DNA of 64,000 bases from Candidatus Magasanikiibacteriota bacterium (GTDB lineage Bacteria > Patescibacteriota > Patescibacteriia > Magasanikbacterales > UBA922), in assembly GCA_041665025.1 (NCBI GenBank), contig JBAYJP010000002.1, positions 196,820 to 260,819 on the forward strand, given 5' to 3'. Under the pieces are notes generated by a model. It had not been told where the DNA came from, did no database searches, and saw nothing but the letters and a program-made list of their open reading frames with translations. Position 1 is the first letter of the stretch; each line of letters starts with the position of its first letter. This document shows positions 57,747 to 64,000 of the stretch, piece by piece. Both the position numbers and the translations under genes were made by a program.

Positions 57747-60700
57747 ATGCCAACATACAAACGTCAACCGTTAAAAACTCTTGAGAGAAAGTTTTTTACC
57801 GAGAATCGTGATGCCATAGATGCACCGGATTTGATTGAGGTGCAAAAATCTTCGTATGAATGGTTTTTCAAAGATGGACTTCGTGAATTGTTTGATGAAT
57901 TATCTCCTATCACCGACTTTACCGGACGCGATTTGGAATTATATTTTGAAGATTATTATTTGGATGAGCCAAAGTTTGATGAGATTACGTGCCGTAATAA
58001 AAATACCACATTTGAAGCGCCACTCCGCGTGAATGTGCGTCTTGCAAATAAGAGGACTAATAAACAAGAAAAACAAGAAATTTATTTGGGTGATGTTCCT
58101 GTCATGACACAGCGCGGTACATTTGTCGTCAATGGTATTGAGCGTGTGGTCGTGTCTCAGCTCATTCGCAGCGCGGGAGCATTCTTTACGGCAGAGGTCA
58201 TTCGCGGACGCAGATATTATGGAGCAAAAATAATTCCAAACCGCGGAGCATGGATAGAAATTGAAACTGACCAGAATAATGTGATGTGGATCAAAGTAGA
58301 TCGTAAACGTAAAGTAGCAGCTACGTCTCTTTTGCGTGCGTTTGGTTATTCAGACGGTGAGTCTATTACCAAACTTTTCAAAGATGTAAACAACCACCCC
58401 AATATTGATTTTATTGATGCAACACTCAAAAAAGATATTGCGCAAAATGAAGAAGAAGGTTTGATTGAAGTGTATCGCAGAATTCGTCCAGGGGATTTGG
58501 CTACGACAGACAACGCACGCAGTTTGATCCATGCCATGTTTTTCAATTTCGATCGTTATGATTTGGGTAAGGTTGGTGTGTACAAATTTAATACTAAATT
58601 TGATTTAGGACTTTCTGAAGAAAAATTTGATGACAAACAAGAACGCGTATTGTCTCCAGAAAAATTGGTTCAAGTATTGCGCGAAGTAGTGCGTCTCAAT
58701 GTGACTCAAGAAGAGCCAGATGACATTGACCATTTGGGAAATCGCCGCGTACGCGGGGTTGGTGAACTCGTACAAAATCGTTTCCGCATCGGTCTTGCGC
58801 GCATGGAACGCATTATCAAAGATCGCATGAGCACCATGGATATTGATACCATTGCCCCAAATAAACTTATCAACGCACGCCCCGTTATTTCGGTCATGCG
58901 CGAGTTTTTCATGAGTTCTCAGCTTTCACAGTTCATGGATCAGGTAAATCCATTGGCAGAACTCGAACATAAACGCCGTATTAGTGCCTTAGGACCTGGC
59001 GGTTTATCACGTGATAGAGCAGGGTTTGAAGTCCGTGATGTGCATCGTACACACTATGGACGCATTTGTCCTATTGCTACTCCAGAAGGACCAAACATCG
59101 GTCTTGTTGGCCACTTATCTTCTTTTTCAAAAATAAATCGTTTTGGATTTTTGGAAACTCCATATCGCAAAGTTTTGCATGAAGTTGCAAATGAATCTCG
59201 CTTTACTGATGGCGAGGTTTCAGATGATGATGTTAAGGGAATTGTGAAAAAAGGGGAAACCATTACAAAAGAAATTGCAAAAAAACTCGAACAAGAAAAA
59301 AAGATTACCCATGTAAAAATCAAGCCTCATGTTACGAGCGAAATTGTGTATCTCAACTCATTTCAAGAAGAAAAAACAGTCACCGCAAGCGCCACGACAC
59401 GCATGGATGAACAGGGGCATTTTTTGGATGAGCGTACGCCAGCTCGTGTGCATGGCGAAGCTCAGGTCACTGAAGCAGAAACTATCCAGTATCTTGACGT
59501 TGCATCAAATCAAATTTTGTCGCTTGCAACCAGCCTTATTCCATTTTTGGAACATGATGATGCGACGCGCGCACTCATGGGTACAAACATGCAACGGCAA
59601 TCAGTACCATGCATCAAGCCAGAACCTCCACTCGTCGGTACTGGTGTTGAACGCACCGCTGCTGAACATAGTGGGTATGTATTCAAAGCTCCTGCAGACG
59701 GAGAGGTCACGTATGTTGATGGAGAACGGATTGAAATTACTGACAAGAAAGGAATGAATCATAAATTCCAGATTAATAAATTTGTACGTTCAAATGCATC
59801 GAGCTGTATCAACCAACGTCCGGTGGTTACTGTTAATCAAAAAGTGAAAAAGGGAGACCGTTTGACTGATGGACCAAGTATCAAAGACGGCGAACTTGCA
59901 CTCGGACAAAATGTATTTGTTGCGTACATGGTATGGGATGGTTTCAACTACGAAGACGCGGTAATTATTTCAGACCGGCTTGTACGTAGAGACAACTTTA
60001 CTTCCATTCATATTGAAGATTATACCACTGATGTCCGCGAGACGAAGCTTGGACCAGAAGTAGTGACTTGCGATATCCCAAATGTGAGTGAAGAAAAATT
60101 ACGCAATCTTGATGCAGAAGGTATTGTGCGTATTGGCGCCGAAGTTCATTCAGGCGATATTTTGGTAGGAAAAATTACACCAAAAGGTGAAACCGAATTA
60201 ACGCCAGAAGAACGATTGTTGCGCGCGATATTTGGTGAAAAAGCTCGCGATGTGCGCGATTCTTCACTTTACCTTGAACACGGTGAGCAGGGGAAAGTCA
60301 TTGATGTAAAAATATTTTCTGCAGAAGAAGGAGATAAACTTCAACCAGGTGTTATCAAACAAGTGCAAGTAACGGTTGCTGACCTTCGTAAAATTCAAGT
60401 TGGTGACAAAATGGCAGGACGCCATGGAAATAAAGGTGTTATTTCACGCGTAGTGCCTGCTGGCGATATGCCATTTTTGGAAGATGGAACTCCTGTTGAC
60501 ATTATTTTGTCTCCACTGGGTGTTGTTTCTCGTATGAACTTGGGTCAGTTGCTTGAAACCCATCTCGGGCTTGCGGCAAATGCCCTTGGTTACAAAGCAG
60601 CAACACCAGTCTTGAATGGTATTACTGAAGATCAAATTACTGAAGAATTGGTAAAAGCAGGATTCCCGGTGGATGGCAAATTGCAATTGTTTGATGGCAG

Positions 60701-61205
60701 AACCGGAGAACCATATGACCACAAGACAACAGTAGGGTACAACTACATGCTCAAACTCAATCACATGGTTGAAGATAAAATCCATCAACGCTCCATTGGT
60801 CCTTATTCGCTTATTACCCAACAACCTTTGGGAGGTAAAGCGCAGTTTGGAGGACAGCGTTTTGGAGAAATGGAAGTATGGGCTTTGCAAGCATATGGCG
60901 CCGCGCATACGTTGCAAGAAATTTTGACGATTAAATCAGACGACGTGCCAGGCCGTGCAAAAGCATATGAAGCTATTATCAAGGGTGAATTGATAACCAA
61001 AATCAATCTTCCAGAATCATTTAATGTGTTGGTTCGTGAAATGAAAGGACTTTGCCTTGACGTAGAATTATTGAAGCACATGGAAGATGGAACATACACG
61101 CATGTCGAAGAAATGAAAGCTCATGTGAGCGATGCACGCCCAGGTGATTATGGTACTGCGACAGAAAATGGAGAGCGACCAAAAAAAGTTGAACGTGTTG
61201 AGTAA
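57747..61205 (+). CDS. rpoB: DNA-directed RNA polymerase subunit beta
   Basis: 1152 aa; 'NMQRQ', 'GDKMAGRHGNKGV', 'RFGEMEVWALQAYGAAHTLQE'. Confidence 0.98.
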   Translation: MPTYKRQPLKTLERKFFTENRDAIDAPDLIEVQKSSYEWFFKDGLRELFDELSPITDFTGRDLELYFEDYYLDEPKFDEITCRNKNTTFEAPLRVNVRLANKRTNKQEKQEIYLGDVPVMTQRGTFVVNGIERVVVSQLIRSAGAFFTAEVIRGRRYYGAKIIPNRGAWIEIETDQNNVMWIKVDRKRKVAATSLLRAFGYSDGESITKLFKDVNNHPNIDFIDATLKKDIAQNEEEGLIEVYRRIRPGDLATTDNARSLIHAMFFNFDRYDLGKVGVYKFNTKFDLGLSEEKFDDKQERVLSPEKLVQVLREVVRLNVTQEEPDDIDHLGNRRVRGVGELVQNRFRIGLARMERIIKDRMSTMDIDTIAPNKLINARPVISVMREFFMSSQLSQFMDQVNPLAELEHKRRISALGPGGLSRDRAGFEVRDVHRTHYGRICPIATPEGPNIGLVGHLSSFSKINRFGFLETPYRKVLHEVANESRFTDGEVSDDDVKGIVKKGETITKEIAKKLEQEKKITHVKIKPHVTSEIVYLNSFQEEKTVTASATTRMDEQGHFLDERTPARVHGEAQVTEAETIQYLDVASNQILSLATSLIPFLEHDDATRALMGTNMQRQSVPCIKPEPPLVGTGVERTAAEHSGYVFKAPADGEVTYVDGERIEITDKKGMNHKFQINKFVRSNASSCINQRPVVTVNQKVKKGDRLTDGPSIKDGELALGQNVFVAYMVWDGFNYEDAVIISDRLVRRDNFTSIHIEDYTTDVRETKLGPEVVTCDIPNVSEEKLRNLDAEGIVRIGAEVHSGDILVGKITPKGETELTPEERLLRAIFGEKARDVRDSSLYLEHGEQGKVIDVKIFSAEEGDKLQPGVIKQVQVTVADLRKIQVGDKMAGRHGNKGVISRVVPAGDMPFLEDGTPVDIILSPLGVVSRMNLGQLLETHLGLAANALGYKAATPVLNGITEDQITEELVKAGFPVDGKLQLFDGRTGEPYDHKTTVGYNYMLKLNHMVEDKIHQRSIGPYSLITQQPLGGKAQFGGQRFGEMEVWALQAYGAAHTLQEILTIKSDDVPGRAKAYEAIIKGELITKINLPESFNVLVREMKGLCLDVELLKHMEDGTYTHVEEMKAHVSDARPGDYGTATENGERPKKVERVE

Positions 61206-61250
61206 TATACAGTACATTAATTATTTACCAATTTTTAATTACCAATTACT

Positions 61251-64000
61251 ATGGCACGCGACACTCTACATTCAATGAACTTTGATGCGTTGCGCTTGAA
61301 AATAGCCTCACCAGATACCATTCGCAAATGGTCATATGGTGAAGTATATAAGCCAGAAACCATCAATTATCGTACGCAAAAACCTGAAAAAGGCGGTTTG
61401 TTTGCCGAAGAAATTTTTGGGCCTACCAAAGATTGGGAATGTTATTGTGGCAAATACAAAAAAATTCGCTACAAAGGCATTGTCTGCGACAAATGCGGCG
61501 TGGAAGTTACTCATTCGCTCGTACGTCGTGAACGTATGGGTCATATCGAGCTTGCAACGCCAGTCTCGCATATTTGGTTTTTGCGCACGATTCCTTCGCG
61601 TACCGGTCTGGTGCTTGATTTGTCTATCCAAGCTTTGGAAAAAGTTATTTATTTTGCTTCATTTATCATTACACATGTTGATGAACAGCAAAGACAAGAA
61701 ACACGCGATGCTTTGAAAAAAGAATATACATCAAAAAAGAAACAAATTGAAAATGAATTTGGACAAAAAAGTGGGCATGCTTCCAAAGCTGAACTTGATG
61801 CACTGACTACTGAACACGATAGAAAATTATCCGCACTTGAAGAAGATTTCAAACAAGCAGATGACGAACTCAAAGAAATAGAAATGATGAATATTATTTC
61901 AGAGGCGCATTACCAGGAATTATCCTTGCGTTATGGACATATTTTTGAAGCGAGCATCGGAGCCGCGGCTATTAGAGGGTTGCTCGAACGACTCAATATT
62001 GACGAAACTGTTGCCCGTCTTGAAAAAGAAATCAAAAAAAGCAAAGGTGCAAAGCGCGAACGTTTATTGCGTCGTGTGAAATTATTGAAGAGTTTGGCGA
62101 AAAATGATATTCGTCCTGAATGGATGATTTTGACTAATTTGCCAGTTATTCCGCCAGATTTACGCCCCATGGTTGCGCTTGACGGCGGACGGTTTGCTAC
62201 GTCAGACCTAAACGATTTGTATCGACGCGTTATCAACCGCAACAATCGTTTGAAGCGTCTTATTGAACTCAACGCGCCAGAAGTTATTTGCCGCAATGAA
62301 AAACGCATGTTGCAAGAAGCCGTTGACGCGCTTATTGACAATAATGCCCGTGCTACAAAGACTGTTCGCGCTTCAACCGGACAAAAACGCCAACTGCGTT
62401 CGCTCGCTGATATTCTCAAAGGTAAACAAGGACGTTTTCGTCAGAACTTGCTTGGCAAGCGCGTCGACTATTCCGGACGTTCTGTTATTGTCGTTGGTCC
62501 GCACCTCGGCATTCATGAATGTGGTTTGCCAAAAATTATCGCGCTTGAACTCTTCAAGCCATTTATCATGTCAGAAATTATTAAACGCGAACTTGCGCAC
62601 AATGTGCGCAGCGCTAGCCGATTTATTGAAAGTAATGCACCAGAAGTGTGGGATATTTTGGAAGAATTGACCAAGAAAACTCGCGTGCTTTTGAACCGCG
62701 CTCCGACCCTGCACCGTCTTGGCATACAGGCGTTCAAACCACGTTTGGTAGAAGGTAAAGCAATCCAATTGCATCCACTCGTATGTCCTGCGTTCAATGC
62801 AGACTTCGATGGAGACCAAATGGCTGTTCACCTTCCATTGTCCGTACAGGCAAAGTGGGAAGCAGAAAATTTGATGGCATCTGAAAAGAATTTATTAAAG
62901 CCTGCCACGGGACATCCGGTAATTACTCCGCAGCAAGATATCGCGCTTGGTTGTTATTATCTGACCAAATATAATGAAACTGATACTGCTGAAGTTAAAA
63001 AATATTTTTCTTCAATTACCGAAGCGCGTTACGCATATAAAACTCGTGCTATCACACTCAAAGAGCGCATCAAAGTTCGTTTTGATGACATGAGCAAATT
63101 TCCTGATGGCACAAAGAATTTGGTAGAGACGTGTGTCGGTCGTGTGTTTTTCAACGAAGTGTTGCCAAATAAGTTACCCTATTACAATGAAACAATTACC
63201 AAAAAACAATTAAGTGGTATCATCCAGTTATTGCTTGAATTTTATGGACAGGAAGAGACAGCAGTATACCTAGACAAGATCAAAGAGCTTGGATTTAAAT
63301 ATGTCACTAAGTCAGGATACTCGCTTGGTAAAGATGATTTTCCTTCCATTCCAGAAAAGCAAGAATTGCTCGGACTCGCAGATGGTCAAATCCTTTTGGT
63401 CGAAGAACAATTTGCGCAAGGTTTGCTGACTGATTCAGAACGCCATGCAAAAGTATTGGAAATATGGTCTGATACCAAAGATAAATTGTTATCTAAATCA
63501 AAAGATATTCTTGACAAAGACAAATCCGTGTTTGCCATGATTGATTCTGGAGCTCGCGGTAATGTAGGACAGTTGGGACAGGTGATTGCTATGAAAGGGC
63601 TTGTGGCTTCTCCAAGCGGAGACATTATTGAATTGCCAGTCAAAGGAAACTTCAAAGAAGGATTTGATGTGCTTGAATTCTTTATTTCTTCGCATGGTAC
63701 AAGAAAAGGTTTGTCTGATACGGCTCTTCGTACGGCAAATGCTGGTTATCTGACTCGTCGTCTTGTCGATGTTGCACAAGAAGTGGTTATCCGCGCAGAA
63801 GATTGTGGAGACACGATGGGAGAATTATTTACCAAAGAACAGTCTGAACAAATGGGAGAAAAATTATCCGATCGCGTACTCGGACGTTTTGTATTATCAA
63901 GCGTGAAGTCAGGGAATAAAGTGATTGTAAAAGAGGGTGAAGTGGTTACTGAACAAGCGACGCGTGAGATTGAAAAATTAGGAATAGATGAAATTCATGT
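61251..64000 (+). CDS. rpoC: DNA-directed RNA polymerase subunit beta' (5' part; continues past window end; not in supplied ORF track because no stop in window)
   Basis: Hand translation: 'MARDTLHSMNFDALRLKIASPDTIRKWSYGEV...CYCGKYKK...CDKCGVEV' zinc finger; catalytic 'NADFDGDQMAVH' near 62800. Confidence 0.95.
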   Translation, partial: MARDTLHSMNFDALRLKIASPDTIRKWSYGEVYKPETINYRTQKPEKGGLFAEEIFGPTKDWECYCGKYKKIRYKGIVCDKCGVEVTHSLVRRERMGHIELATPVSHIWFLRTIPSRTGLVLDLSIQALEKVIYFASFIITHVDEQQRQETRDALKKEYTSKKKQIENEFGQKSGHASKAELDALTTEHDRKLSALEEDFKQADDELKEIEMMNIISEAHYQELSLRYGHIFEASIGAAAIRGLLERLNIDETVARLEKEIKKSKGAKRERLLRRVKLLKSLAKNDIRPEWMILTNLPVIPPDLRPMVALDGGRFATSDLNDLYRRVINRNNRLKRLIELNAPEVICRNEKRMLQEAVDALIDNNARATKTVRASTGQKRQLRSLADILKGKQGRFRQNLLGKRVDYSGRSVIVVGPHLGIHECGLPKIIALELFKPFIMSEIIKRELAHNVRSASRFIESNAPEVWDILEELTKKTRVLLNRAPTLHRLGIQAFKPRLVEGKAIQLHPLVCPAFNADFDGDQMAVHLPLSVQAKWEAENLMASEKNLLKPATGHPVITPQQDIALGCYYLTKYNETDTAEVKKYFSSITEARYAYKTRAITLKERIKVRFDDMSKFPDGTKNLVETCVGRVFFNEVLPNKLPYYNETITKKQLSGIIQLLLEFYGQEETAVYLDKIKELGFKYVTKSGYSLGKDDFPSIPEKQELLGLADGQILLVEEQFAQGLLTDSERHAKVLEIWSDTKDKLLSKSKDILDKDKSVFAMIDSGARGNVGQLGQVIAMKGLVASPSGDIIELPVKGNFKEGFDVLEFFISSHGTRKGLSDTALRTANAGYLTRRLVDVAQEVVIRAEDCGDTMGELFTKEQSEQMGEKLSDRVLGRFVLSSVKSGNKVIVKEGEVVTEQATREIEKLGIDEIH

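Overview
This 64 kb window reads as a compact, AT-rich (~38-40% GC by eye) bacterial chromosome segment with very dense, mostly short genes. Gene content suggests a Candidate Phyla Radiation / Patescibacteria-type organism (inference: ADP-forming acetyl-CoA synthetase, a TGS-less ThrRS, a small RpoB, TrmB-like regulators, a PilB ATPase, many tiny intergenic spacers). Housekeeping genes are well supported: class II (B12) ribonucleotide reductase, PduO-type cobalamin adenosyltransferase, FtsH, RlmI, PilB/GspE ATPase, ThrRS, AhcY, PfkB kinase, RumA-like methyltransferase, Nth, VIT transporter, MutY-like glycosylase, class IV aminotransferase, Xth, AlkD-like, Acd, an MFS transporter, RecA, RodZ-like, FtsK, MsrA, RpoB and the 5' part of RpoC. 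There is a complete, translationally coupled histidine operon (hisG-D-C-N-B-H-[A-F fusion]-IE) with tRNA-His(GTG) immediately upstream, and Wzy/Wzx-like envelope genes. Three tRNAs are present (Leu-TAA, Ser-CGA, His-GTG) plus a tRNA 3' fragment. Features worth a second look: three sharply bounded high-GC (~58%) islands carrying small genes with high-GC codon usage, two of them divergently paired with paralogous TrmB-family regulators and sharing flank motifs; a ~95-nt repeat next to tRNA genes with a GNRA hairpin showing a compensatory base change; several families of intergenic heptad-repeat / palindromic elements; a T-box-like leader upstream of thrS; an NNMT/PNMT-family methyltransferase operon; and a very AT-rich HEPN/Abi-like gene wedged between two terminators beside recA. 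No CRISPR array, transposase or integrase was seen.
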